From an uncultured Anaerolineales bacterium (GTDB lineage Bacteria; Chloroflexota; Anaerolineae; Anaerolineales; E44-bin32), in the NCBI GenBank assembly GCA_965603565.1, contig CBFDDM010000003.1, forward strand, positions 1-55,057: a stretch of DNA of 55,057 nt, read 5' to 3'. Every line of letters starts with the position of its first letter. The first letter of the stretch is position 1. The notes beneath the pieces were generated by a model. It was not told the origin of the DNA and did no database searches. It saw only the letters and a program-made list of their open reading frames with translations. Positions 9,610-18,977 of the stretch are shown one piece after another. A program made the position numbers and the translations under genes.

Positions 9610-11649
9610 CTAGGATGTCGCCCGTCGGTGACGCCGTTCGCGCCGGGGAGGTTCAATATCCGGCATTCTGGATAAGATCGGCTCCAGATGCGGGAACAGA
9701 TCACGCTGATGGGGAATATGCATCGCCATGACAAACTCTTCTTGAAAATCCTGGTCAACCGCAGTCTCAATATACCGCACGCGTGTGGAAATATCTTGAG
9801 CCAGAGCGCGTTTTTCACGGTTAAGCAGCGCGATACGGGCCCCATCACCGGCGGCGTTGCCGACCGCGTGTACATGTTCGAGATCACAATCCGGGATCAA
9901 GCCCAGGACCATGGCATGCTTGGGATCGATGTAACTCCCGAAAGCACCAGCAAGCGTTATCTGGTCGACCTGCTCGACGCCAGAGCGCATCATCAGCAGC
10001 TTCGCGCCTGCATAGAGCGCTCCCTTGGCAAGCTGTATGTTGCGCACATCTTCCTGGGTGATCAGGATCGGTTTGCCGCTGGAGGACTGTTCCGCCGTCG
10101 CCAGGATGTATGCGCCTTTTTTGCCCTTTGATTCCCACTGCAAGCGGTCGGTCTCGTCATCGGTGTTGAAACGGCCGTCAGGCGTCAGCAAACCGGCAAG
10201 GAAAAGCTCTGAGACAACCTCAATGATGCCTGATCCGCAGATGCCTGCCGCCAGGTGGTGGGGCTGCTGGTCGGGATCGGCATCGGGATCGAGCTTCCAT
10301 TCGTCCGACCAACGCTGCTCGCCGATCACGCGGAAGCGGGGCTCTTTCGTCTGGGGATTGATGCGCACCCGTTCGATCGCCCCGGGGGCGGCGCGCATAC
10401 CGGAAGTGATCTGACCGCCCTCAAAAGCAGGACCGGTTGGGCTGGAGGCGCTGTACATCCACTCCGGGCTGCTGAGCACAATCTCGGCATTGGTGCCCAC
10501 GTCAATCGTGAGGATGATCTTTTGCTCAAGATAAGGTTCCTCGGCCAGCAGCACGCCCACGTTGTCGGCGCCAACGTGCCCCGCCTGCGCGGGTAAGATG
10601 TGTGCGTTTGCCGCCGGGTTCAGCCGCAGACCGAGGTCCCGGGCGTTGAAGTCCATCGCCGAGCGGTTCGCGAGGGCGAACGGCGAATGGCCGATTTCCT
10701 CGGGGGAGATCCCCAGCAGGATGTGAGTCATCGTCGTGTTGCCGACGAGCACGATTTCGTAAATCGAGCTTCGGGCGATGCCCGCCGCACGGGTTGCTTG
10801 TGAGGTTAATTTATTGATGGAATCGATGACGGCGTCGTGCATTTTCTCGAGCCCATCCGGGCGGTTGGCGGCGTAGGAGATGCGGCTCATCAGGTCTTCA
10901 CCATAGGAAACCTGGGGGTTCATCATCGCCTCGGTAGCCAACAGTTCCCCGGTACGCAAATCGCACAAGTAGCAGGCAATCGTGGTGCTGCCCACATCCA
11001 CGGCAAGGCCATAAGCGCCCTCTGTGTAGCCGGGCTGTACGTCGATCACACGTCGATCATCCCAGAGCGTCACCGTGAGCGTCCATTTGCCCTCGCGCAG
11101 TTTGCTCTGCAATTTTCGCAGGACTTGAATATCGATGCTTAAATCGGCTAATTCCCACTGCTCCCGCAGGGCATCCTGCACGCGCCCCCAGTCGCCGCGA
11201 TGCTTGCCCAATTCGGCGCGTTCGACTTCTATATACACCTGGCGCACGGTCGGTTTGACCTCAATCACACGATCGGTCGCCGATTTGCGGATCATCTGCT
11301 TCTGGCCGCGGCTCTCCTCGGGCACACTGACCAACAGATCACCCTGGACATGGGCGACGCAAGCCAGGCGCAGGTCGCCGTGTCCGCTCTCCTCAAGCAG
11401 CCTGCGCTCCTCCTCTGTGGTTGGCGTGACGTGCTCTTCGGCCGAGCGAATGCCATGCTTGTCGAATTCACCGACTTCGATCTTCACCAGGCATTTCATG
11501 CAGGTTTGGCGGCCTCCACAAATGCTCTCGATCTCCACCCCAAGCGAATCGGCCGCGTCAAGCAGAGTTGTGCCGGCCGGGATCTTTCCGCGCCGGCCGG
11601 AGGGCATCAGGATAAGGGTGTGTTTCTGGTTGCTCTGCGATTCGCTCAT
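9610..11649 (-). CDS. ATP-dependent corrinoid reductive activator (RACE/RamA-like, ASKHA domain with N-terminal 2Fe-2S)
   Basis: CGGRQTCMKC...LAC, DVGSTT, DVGTNAEI, GPAFEG, GICGSG, LAGAFG, GNAAGDGA. Confidence 0.9.
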   Translation of the reverse strand: MSESQSNQKHTLILMPSGRRGKIPAGTTLLDAADSLGVEIESICGGRQTCMKCLVKIEVGEFDKHGIRSAEEHVTPTTEEERRLLEESGHGDLRLACVAHVQGDLLVSVPEESRGQKQMIRKSATDRVIEVKPTVRQVYIEVERAELGKHRGDWGRVQDALREQWELADLSIDIQVLRKLQSKLREGKWTLTVTLWDDRRVIDVQPGYTEGAYGLAVDVGSTTIACYLCDLRTGELLATEAMMNPQVSYGEDLMSRISYAANRPDGLEKMHDAVIDSINKLTSQATRAAGIARSSIYEIVLVGNTTMTHILLGISPEEIGHSPFALANRSAMDFNARDLGLRLNPAANAHILPAQAGHVGADNVGVLLAEEPYLEQKIILTIDVGTNAEIVLSSPEWMYSASSPTGPAFEGGQITSGMRAAPGAIERVRINPQTKEPRFRVIGEQRWSDEWKLDPDADPDQQPHHLAAGICGSGIIEVVSELFLAGLLTPDGRFNTDDETDRLQWESKGKKGAYILATAEQSSSGKPILITQEDVRNIQLAKGALYAGAKLLMMRSGVEQVDQITLAGAFGSYIDPKHAMVLGLIPDCDLEHVHAVGNAAGDGARIALLNREKRALAQDISTRVRYIETAVDQDFQEEFVMAMHIPHQRDLFPHLEPILSRMPDIEPPRRERRHRRATS

Positions 11650-11960
11650 CAGCGCTGGCGATTCTCTTTAATTTTCCGGGCTGTGGAGTGCCAATCGATT
11701 TCGGTGTATTTAGATTCGAGTTCGGCGGCCACGGCTCCGGCAACTTCGCTAGCTGTACCTTCTCTGCCCTGTACTTCCTCCCAGTGGAAGCCATGGGTGT
11801 AATCGTCGTCGCCGATCAGATTTGCAGCCATGGCGGCTTCGTCGATCGCACTTTGAAAACGGTCCGACAGCTGCACCCCGACGCGACCCTCGTCATCCTC
11901 GGCTTTCACCTGGACGGGGATGTCGTGCCAGTAGAGAATTTTTACTTTTATCATACGCAT
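11649..11960 (-). CDS. Small acidic protein of the Pfam 'Virulence factor' family seen beside MetF/corrinoid genes
   Basis: YWHDIPVQV...LSDRFQSAIDEAAM...DDY..W motif. Confidence 0.7.
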   Translation of the reverse strand: MRMIKVKILYWHDIPVQVKAEDDEGRVGVQLSDRFQSAIDEAAMAANLIGDDDYTHGFHWEEVQGREGTASEVAGAVAAELESKYTEIDWHSTARKIKENRQR

Positions 11961-11971
11961 TAACCTTGCTG

Positions 11972-14404
11972 CTAGGATTTGAGCTTGCTCATCCCGGGAT
12001 CATACTGTGGATCATCATCCACGACTGCTTCGAATCGCTCACCTAGATATTCTATCTGCACTTGCGTGCCTTTCTCGGCGAATTCGACCGGCAGATAGCC
12101 ATAGGTGATGTGCTTTCCCACGCTGTAGCCGTAATTTGCGCTCGTGATGTACCCTACGGTCTCATCATCTCTGAAAATCGGCTCGCTGCCGAGGGCGATC
12201 CCGTCCTCCATCGTCAAACAGCAAAACTTGCGCTTGATGCCCTGCTCCTTTCGTTTCAGCAGCGCCTGGCGCCCGATGAAATCGTCCTGATCGAAATCGA
12301 CCGCCCAGCTCAACCCGGCTTCGTAGGGATTGTATTCGCTGTGGATGTCACTCCCAAGGGCCCGGTAGCCTTTCTCGAGCCTCAGCGAATCAAAGGCACC
12401 CATCCCCCCGGCGATGATGCGGTGAGCCTGACCGGCTTCCCATAGCAAGTCCCATAAGTGTTGACCGAATTCCGTGGGGACGTAAATCTCCCACCCCAAT
12501 TCGCCAACGTACGAGATGCGCAGCGCGACCGCCGGGACCGTCTCGATCATCAGTTCCCGGGCGGTGAAATACTTGAACGCCTCGTTAGAAACATCCTGCT
12601 CAACGACGGACTGCAGCACATCGCGCGCCCTGGGACCCCATAAACCGACGGCGGTGAATTTCGAGGAAATATCTGTGGCGATCGCGCCGCCGCTCTGCGG
12701 CAGGTGGGCGCGTATCCACGCCAGATCGATCATGCCCGTGCCGCCGCCGGTGAGCACCCAGTAGCGCTCCTCGTCGATGCGCGTCACGGTCAGGTCGCTT
12801 TTGATGCCGCCCTGTGGTGTCAAAAGTGATGTGTAGACGATTTTGTCGATCGGGACCTCGACTGAATTGGCGGTCATTTTCTGGAGCGCCTCGTACGCCG
12901 CCGGACCGGACACCTCGATCTTCACGAACGAACTCAATTCGAACAGGCCGACGTGCTCGCGGGTCGCCAGGTGTTCGACACCCTCAAGCGGCGACCAGTG
13001 GCGAGCCGCCCAACCCTGGCGCTCAGGGATACGATCGAGATACTCGTCCAGGCGCACCGCGCTGCTCTGGTACCATTGCGGACGTTCCCACCCCACGCTT
13101 TCGAAGAAATGACCACCCAATTCTTCAAGCCGGATGTGATAGGGCGCAAGACGGACCTGGCGGGTGTGCTCCATCTGCTGTTTGGGATGGATGATGTCAT
13201 ACACCTCTCGGTACTGCTGAGCAGCGGTCCGCCGTACATAGTGTTTGCTCCTGGCATACTCGTGGAAGCGGTTGATGTCTGCTTCGTGCACGTCGACGCT
13301 CGGCTCACCGGCGTCCATCCATTCGGCGATCGCTTTTCCAACGCCGCCTGAGTGCGTCACCCACACGCCGATGGCGGTCCAGAAGTTTTCCAGATGGGCG
13401 GCCGGGCCCATGATGGGGTAGCCATCGATCGTGAAAGCGAACATGCCATTGAACTTCGTGGGGTAATCTTTGCCCTGCATGGCGGGAAGCAATTGTTCCG
13501 AGGCCTTCTGGGCAACATCGAAGTCCTCTTCGGTAAACGGACGCATGGCATCTGCGCCGACATGGTAGGGATCGACGAGCAGCGGCTCGTGTTTGTAGGA
13601 ACCGATGCCATAAGCATCTTTGTGCTGGCGGAAGTACATCGAGAAGTCCTGGTGACGCAGAATCGGGTGGACGATCTCGCGCTGCTCGCCGCCCAATTCT
13701 TCCAGCGGCTCGGAGATCAGGTACTGATGTTCGACAGACATCAGCGGCAGCGAGACATCGAGTCGGTCAGCCAGTACCGGTCCCCAGATGTTGGTGCAGA
13801 GCAGCACCTGCTCTGCTTTAATCGTACCCTGATCCGTGACGACGGCGGTTACCCGTTTGCCGGCGCGCTCGAAACCGGTCACAAGCGTATCGCCATAATA
13901 TTCGACCGCACCCTGCTCCTGCGTGAACGCCGCCATGCTCTCGACCGCGTTTACGGCGTTGGCGTCACCATCTGAGGGTACGTGTAGGCCGCCCTTGATA
14001 ACGCCGGGATCAAGAATGGGGATGTGTCCCCGGACTACATCGGGCGTGAGCAGGCTCGATTCGAGCCCGTAGGCGCTGGCCCAGCTGTGCCTGCGGTGCA
14101 GATCCTGCCAGCGCTCATCGGTGTGAGCCACCTCGATTCCACCCACGGGATAAAAGACGGGATGCTCCTCGCTGTGCAGTTGGTTGAGCAGCTCGACGGT
14201 GTACTGCGCGAACTCGCACATCGTCTTCGAGCCGTTCGTCTGAAAGACCAGGCCAGGCGCGTGCGAGGTAGACCCCCCGGTCTTGAAGAGCGGGCCCTGG
14301 TCCACGACGACGATGTCGCGCCAGCCGAGCATAGTCAGGTGGTATGCGGCGCTGGCGCCGACGATGCCGGCGCCGATGATGACGAGGTTGGCTTGTTTTC
14401 TCAT
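11972..14404 (-). CDS. Dimethylglycine dehydrogenase/oxidase-like FAD oxidoreductase with C-terminal GcvT folate-binding domain
   Basis: GAGIVG, GGSTSHAPG (covalent-FAD His), FTIDGYP, WVTHSGG, GWERP, SYVGELGWE, SLRLEKGY. Confidence 0.88.
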   Translation of the reverse strand: MRKQANLVIIGAGIVGASAAYHLTMLGWRDIVVVDQGPLFKTGGSTSHAPGLVFQTNGSKTMCEFAQYTVELLNQLHSEEHPVFYPVGGIEVAHTDERWQDLHRRHSWASAYGLESSLLTPDVVRGHIPILDPGVIKGGLHVPSDGDANAVNAVESMAAFTQEQGAVEYYGDTLVTGFERAGKRVTAVVTDQGTIKAEQVLLCTNIWGPVLADRLDVSLPLMSVEHQYLISEPLEELGGEQREIVHPILRHQDFSMYFRQHKDAYGIGSYKHEPLLVDPYHVGADAMRPFTEEDFDVAQKASEQLLPAMQGKDYPTKFNGMFAFTIDGYPIMGPAAHLENFWTAIGVWVTHSGGVGKAIAEWMDAGEPSVDVHEADINRFHEYARSKHYVRRTAAQQYREVYDIIHPKQQMEHTRQVRLAPYHIRLEELGGHFFESVGWERPQWYQSSAVRLDEYLDRIPERQGWAARHWSPLEGVEHLATREHVGLFELSSFVKIEVSGPAAYEALQKMTANSVEVPIDKIVYTSLLTPQGGIKSDLTVTRIDEERYWVLTGGGTGMIDLAWIRAHLPQSGGAIATDISSKFTAVGLWGPRARDVLQSVVEQDVSNEAFKYFTARELMIETVPAVALRISYVGELGWEIYVPTEFGQHLWDLLWEAGQAHRIIAGGMGAFDSLRLEKGYRALGSDIHSEYNPYEAGLSWAVDFDQDDFIGRQALLKRKEQGIKRKFCCLTMEDGIALGSEPIFRDDETVGYITSANYGYSVGKHITYGYLPVEFAEKGTQVQIEYLGERFEAVVDDDPQYDPGMSKLKS

Positions 14405-14455
14405 AATTTACCCAGTTTCATTAGCGAATGGGACTGCAGGGGCGGGATAACTCTA

Positions 14456-15856
14456 TCAAAGCCAGAAAGGCTTGACATCCTCCGTAGCCCAGTAGCGCGG
14501 ATCCGTGCTGTCGACGTACCCGTACGCTTGCACGGACTCGGTCGAATCGCCCGTCGGCAGCACCCGGGCACGCTGGTTGTAAAGGCGCTGGTTGAACAGC
14601 CGGTCGCGCTGGACCGGCAGCCGACGATGCGGGACCATGCGCCTGTGCATCGGACGGCGGTCAGATCTCCCCGATATACGTAGACCGGGCATGTTGCGGT
14701 ACAGGTCACTGACCTGTCCGGTGAGGCGTGCCAGGTTGAAGAGCGTGATGTTGTGCCGGCTCTCGCGCCGGTCGGCGAGGTCAGCCATGATCTCGCCGAT
14801 GACGCTGGCGAATTTATACCCGTGACCGCTGAAGCCGGCGGCGAATGAGACCTGCGGGTATTGCGGGTGCAGGTCGATGATGAAATGCTTATCGGGAGAG
14901 TTGGTGAACATGCATGCTTTGAGCGTCATCGTTGGGCCGGCGCCCTGCGGGAAATAGCGTGAGGCGAAATCTCTCAAGATCTCCTCGTCCTCCCAATTGG
15001 GTTCGCGCTCATAAATATCTGGCTCGACGAACTCTTCGAAGTGATGGTAGCGGCCGAACTTGAAACCGGGAACGGAATGCACCGGGAAGCCGTAATAGCG
15101 CCCCTGCGGGACGAGCACGTTAAAGACTGGGAAACGGTCTGGCGTGAAGAACTCCGGCTTCTCGGGCTGCAGCCAGGCGAGCACCTGGCGCTCGGGGATC
15201 GCCAGCCCCCGCAAGAAAGGTAGAAACTGGGCGTTCCAGGCGCCGCCGGTGATCACGAGCGAGTCAGCGAAATACTCATCCCGGTCGCTGATCACGCGCA
15301 CGCCGTCGCCAGCGGGCTCCCAACCTAAAACCTCCTCACGCCCGTGAATCTCGGCGCCCATGGCGTGAGCGGCTTCCACGTAGGCGACTGTAGCGATCTC
15401 GGGCAGTACGAAGCCGCCATCGGGTTGATAAACGCCCATCAAGTCATGGGGGAACTTGTAGCCAGGGAAGCGCTGGTTGATCTCCCGGCCGGTCAAAACC
15501 TGGTGCTGCAGGTCATGCTCAACGCAGGATTGCAGAGAGCCCTTGAAAACCCAACTATCGGCTGGTCCGGCGTCGATCGAGCCTGTCTTGACCAGGATGC
15601 GTTTGCCGGCGCGGCTCTGGATATTATTCCAGAGCTCATAGGCTCTTTTCAGCAGCATCACGTAGGAGGGGTGTTCGTAGTAGGCCAGGCGGATGATGCG
15701 CGTGTAGCCGTGGGAGGAGCCCATGTCATTGGGGATGTCGAAGCGCTCGAGGCCGAGCACGTTCTTGCCGCGTTTGGTAAGCTCATAGCACACGGCGCTG
15801 CCCATACCGCCTACGCCGAGCACGATCGTGTCATATTGTTTCTTGTAAGTGCTCAT
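14456..15856 (-). CDS. solA: Monomeric sarcosine oxidase / N-methyltryptophan oxidase family, with ~85 aa C-terminal extension
   Basis: GVGGMGS, GSSHGYTRIIRLAY, CMFTNSPDKHFIID, GFSGHGYKFAS. Confidence 0.85.
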   Translation of the reverse strand: MSTYKKQYDTIVLGVGGMGSAVCYELTKRGKNVLGLERFDIPNDMGSSHGYTRIIRLAYYEHPSYVMLLKRAYELWNNIQSRAGKRILVKTGSIDAGPADSWVFKGSLQSCVEHDLQHQVLTGREINQRFPGYKFPHDLMGVYQPDGGFVLPEIATVAYVEAAHAMGAEIHGREEVLGWEPAGDGVRVISDRDEYFADSLVITGGAWNAQFLPFLRGLAIPERQVLAWLQPEKPEFFTPDRFPVFNVLVPQGRYYGFPVHSVPGFKFGRYHHFEEFVEPDIYEREPNWEDEEILRDFASRYFPQGAGPTMTLKACMFTNSPDKHFIIDLHPQYPQVSFAAGFSGHGYKFASVIGEIMADLADRRESRHNITLFNLARLTGQVSDLYRNMPGLRISGRSDRRPMHRRMVPHRRLPVQRDRLFNQRLYNQRARVLPTGDSTESVQAYGYVDSTDPRYWATEDVKPFWL

Positions 15857-17067
15857 CCGGACTCCTTCAGCGACCCTCTGGCGCGCGGCCGGGCGTTGTC
15901 CGGATCGAAGAATGGCGTGTCGACCACTTTGGCGAGCGCCGGACGGCCGTTGACTTCCACAAGCAGCCGGTTGCCCGGCCAGGCGTGGGGGACCTGCACA
16001 AAGCCGAGCCCGAGCACTTTACCGACGGAAGGACCACGAGCGCTGGAGGTGATCACGCCGACCTGCGCGCCGGGCTGCTCTAGATCATAGGCTTCTCCGG
16101 CCTCGCTGCCGGTGAGGATCTCGTCACGCAGCGTATCGATGTTGGCGATGCTGTAGATCGGATTTCCCGTTGCGGCGGCGGATTCGCCCATCAACTGCAG
16201 CCCCACCCAGCGCTCCTGCACGCCGAGGTCCTGCAGTTGGAGCAGGGCATCGCGACCGACAAAGTCGCGTTTGTCGAAGCGGATCCATTCGTTCAAACCA
16301 AGTTCGAAAGGTGTGCGGGTCTCGTCGATGTCGGGACCGTAGAGCGGGTAAGCCTTCTCGATACGCAGGCTCTGCATGGCGCTGACGCCGTAGGGCAGCA
16401 ATCCGAAGTCCCCTTTGTTTGCCTGGAAGCATTCCCACGCGACGGCAGCCTCCTCGGCTGGAATGTATAGTTCATAGCCCAGTTCTCCGGTATATCCCGA
16501 ACGGGAAATCAGTACCTCGGTGTTGTTGAGTCTGCCGTTTGCGAAGCGGAAGAAACGCAGTTCGGAGAGGTCAAGATCCTCGATGAGTTCGTCCAGGAAG
16601 TCCATAGAACGCGGGCCCTGGACCGAGATCAACGCAATTGCGCCGCTCATGTCGGTCACGTAGGCGCTCATGCCGGCGGCGTGCTCTGAGACCCATCGGG
16701 CAGTCGTTTTACGTGGGCCGGAGCTGGTGACGATCATGAAGTGCTCGTCACCGAACTTGTACACGGTGATGTCGTCGACGATCCCGCCGTTCTCATTGAC
16801 CATCGTCGAATAGCGCAGCTGGCCCGGATGCATATCGCGCACTTCATTGACCAGCAGGCGGTTTACAAGCCGCTCGGCACCGGGCCCCTTGATGTCGACC
16901 TCGCCCATCGTGGAGAGATCCTGCATGCCGACGTTGGTGCGCGTGTTGATGTGTTCTTCGACTGCTGAGGTGTAGCTGAGCGGGTACATGTAGTCACCGC
17001 CCCCCTTGACCATCCTGGATGCAGTGCGCAGATGAATGTCGTATAAAGGTGTCCGCCGCTCAGTCAT
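15853..17067 (-). CDS. Stand-alone GcvT-family aminomethyltransferase / folate-binding protein
   Basis: RTPLYDIH, DLSTMG, GGIVDD, QGPRS, SRSGYTGELGYE, SLRIEKAY; ATGA overlap with solA. Confidence 0.85.
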   Translation of the reverse strand: MTERRTPLYDIHLRTASRMVKGGGDYMYPLSYTSAVEEHINTRTNVGMQDLSTMGEVDIKGPGAERLVNRLLVNEVRDMHPGQLRYSTMVNENGGIVDDITVYKFGDEHFMIVTSSGPRKTTARWVSEHAAGMSAYVTDMSGAIALISVQGPRSMDFLDELIEDLDLSELRFFRFANGRLNNTEVLISRSGYTGELGYELYIPAEEAAVAWECFQANKGDFGLLPYGVSAMQSLRIEKAYPLYGPDIDETRTPFELGLNEWIRFDKRDFVGRDALLQLQDLGVQERWVGLQLMGESAAATGNPIYSIANIDTLRDEILTGSEAGEAYDLEQPGAQVGVITSSARGPSVGKVLGLGFVQVPHAWPGNRLLVEVNGRPALAKVVDTPFFDPDNARPRARGSLKESG

Positions 17068-17274
17068 AAGTGTACCCCTCCTAGAATATATCGACTATTT
17101 TAAACCATATTTGTCCACATTTAATTACCCTAGAGGTTATAGGCGTTCTGCGTAAATGTGCCTTTGCTCCTAACGCGGAGAGAATCGCTTCAGGTTTGAC
17201 CAGCTCTGTGACCGTAAGCCGCTCAGCTTGCGGTGGTTATTGAGGTGGAGCGGCCAACGATGGGGTCAGTGGGT

Positions 17275-18801
17275 TTAGCCCTTGAGTCCCTGCTTCCTTT
17301 TGGCGATAAACGATTGCAGTTGCTCGTCCAGGCTTTCATCCAATTCCGGAGCCTGGTATTCAGCCAGAAGCTGGTCGACTTTCCGGCTGGCTACTTCAGA
17401 GACCGGATGAGAACCTTCTTCGGTCCATGTGTCGACATCGTTGTAATCGAACAATTCGGCGCGGTAGAAGGCACTAGTGAAGCGCTCCATCGTGTGTGGC
17501 GTGCCGAGGTGGTGCCCACCGGGCGGAACGCTGCGCAGCGACTCCATTGCGCGGGCGTCCTCCGAAAGGTCGATGCCTTTGACGTAGGTGTGCAGCATGC
17601 CGAGGATCTCGCAGTCGAGCACAAATTTTTCGTAGCCGGCCGATAAACCATTTTCGAGCCAGCCGGCGGCGTGCAGGAAGAAGTTCACACCGCTCTGCAC
17701 GGCAGGCAGCATGGTCATCACCGATTCGTACGCAGATTGGGCGTCGGGAATCTTTGAGCTTGCGAACATACCACCACTGCGGAAGGGCAGATTGTAGCGG
17801 CGGGCCATCTGCGCACCGGCGATCAAGGCCAGCTGACTTTCCGGAGAGCCAAAGACAGGCGCGCCGCTCTTTAGATCGACGTTGGTCATGAATGAACCAT
17901 AAACGACCGGTGCGCCAGCGCGCACCATCTGTGCGTAAACGATGCCGGCCAGCGCCTCGGCGTTCTGCTGGATTAACGTGCCCGCCAGCGTCACCGGCGC
18001 CATGGCGCCGGAGAGGATGAACGGGGTGATGATCGTCGCCTGGTTGGCGCGGGCGTACACGGTGAGCGCCTCGAGCATGCGGTCGTCCAACCGACGTGGG
18101 CTGCTGATGTTGATCAGCGATATCAGCGCGGGTTGCGCCTCAATCTCCTTGTCGCCAAACAATATCCGGGCCATCTCCACGCTGTCCTGGGCGTTCTCGC
18201 GTGACATCACCGAGCCCATAAAGGGCTTATCGCTGAACTTGATGTGGGCATAAAGCATGTCAAGGTGGCGGGTCGCCGTCGGTTCATCGGTCGGCTCGAC
18301 GATCGTGCCCCCGGAATGGTGGATGTAGGGGCTCAGGTAGGCGAGCTTGATGAAGTTCTGGAAGTCCTCCAGGGTCGCTTCGCGCCGGCCACGTTTTAGA
18401 TCGTGAACAAAAGGTGGGCCATACACTGGGGCGAAGACCATGTGTTCGCCGCCAAGTTGAACTGATTTCTCGGGATTGCGGGCGATTTGATGGAACGAGG
18501 AGGGCGCTTTGGAGATGTACTCCTCGACCAGGGCAGGGTCGAAACGGACGGTCTCACCGTCGACATGCGCGCCGTGCTCTTTGAGGATCTCGAGCGCCTC
18601 CGGAAGGTAGAAGTCGATACCGATTTCCGAAAGGACTTTCATCGCTTCGCTGTGGATCAGATCACAGCCTTCTTCATCGAGCAGTTCGTAAAGAGGAAGC
18701 GCGCGCACCGGTTGCTGAACCTTGATCGTGGTGCGATCGACCTCCCGCCGTCGACTCTGGCCTCGTCTGTGGTGTTGTCTCTCTCTGCGGCTGCTCATCA
18801 C
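17275..18801 (-). CDS. Non-pyrrolysine MttB-family (MtgB-like) methylamine/quaternary amine:corrinoid methyltransferase
   Basis: LSEIGIDF, YGPPFV, TPFILSGAMAPVT, DLKSGAP.FGSPE, HAAGWLE..L...YEKF; no in-frame amber codon. Confidence 0.88.
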   Translation of the reverse strand: MMSSRRERQHHRRGQSRRREVDRTTIKVQQPVRALPLYELLDEEGCDLIHSEAMKVLSEIGIDFYLPEALEILKEHGAHVDGETVRFDPALVEEYISKAPSSFHQIARNPEKSVQLGGEHMVFAPVYGPPFVHDLKRGRREATLEDFQNFIKLAYLSPYIHHSGGTIVEPTDEPTATRHLDMLYAHIKFSDKPFMGSVMSRENAQDSVEMARILFGDKEIEAQPALISLINISSPRRLDDRMLEALTVYARANQATIITPFILSGAMAPVTLAGTLIQQNAEALAGIVYAQMVRAGAPVVYGSFMTNVDLKSGAPVFGSPESQLALIAGAQMARRYNLPFRSGGMFASSKIPDAQSAYESVMTMLPAVQSGVNFFLHAAGWLENGLSAGYEKFVLDCEILGMLHTYVKGIDLSEDARAMESLRSVPPGGHHLGTPHTMERFTSAFYRAELFDYNDVDTWTEEGSHPVSEVASRKVDQLLAEYQAPELDESLDEQLQSFIAKRKQGLKG

Positions 18802-18835
18802 GCTCTTCCTCCGTAGCTAATAAATCCGGAGGGTT

Positions 18836-18844
18836 ATTGTAGCA
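18836..18844 (-). promoter_or_regulatory. Putative extended -10 element for the mttB-like operon
   Basis: TGcTACAAT on the minus strand ~35 nt upstream of the start codon. Confidence 0.45.
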
Positions 18845-18977
18845 TTTAGCTGTGCATACCCGGATGAATTTTAAGGTAATGGAAGGGATGCGAGCTGTGT
18901 GATACTGGGTGTCATTCCCGATGAACCATTTAGATGAGCACAGCTGAAAGCGTTGTTAATGAAGGACGGTTATCGAT

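Noticed and set aside
8662-9675. 337 aa plus-strand ORF (also 6204-6950, 15344-16090)
   Set aside because: Antisense shadows of well-supported GC-rich genes; no motifs
17068-17274. Glycine riboswitch upstream of the gcvT-like gene
   Set aside because: GGAGAG...TCAGG-like words are on the non-coding strand and the conserved CCGAAG core is missing
17275-18801. Pyrrolysine-containing trimethylamine methyltransferase
   Set aside because: The ORF is full length with no in-frame TAG, and no pyl genes are in the window
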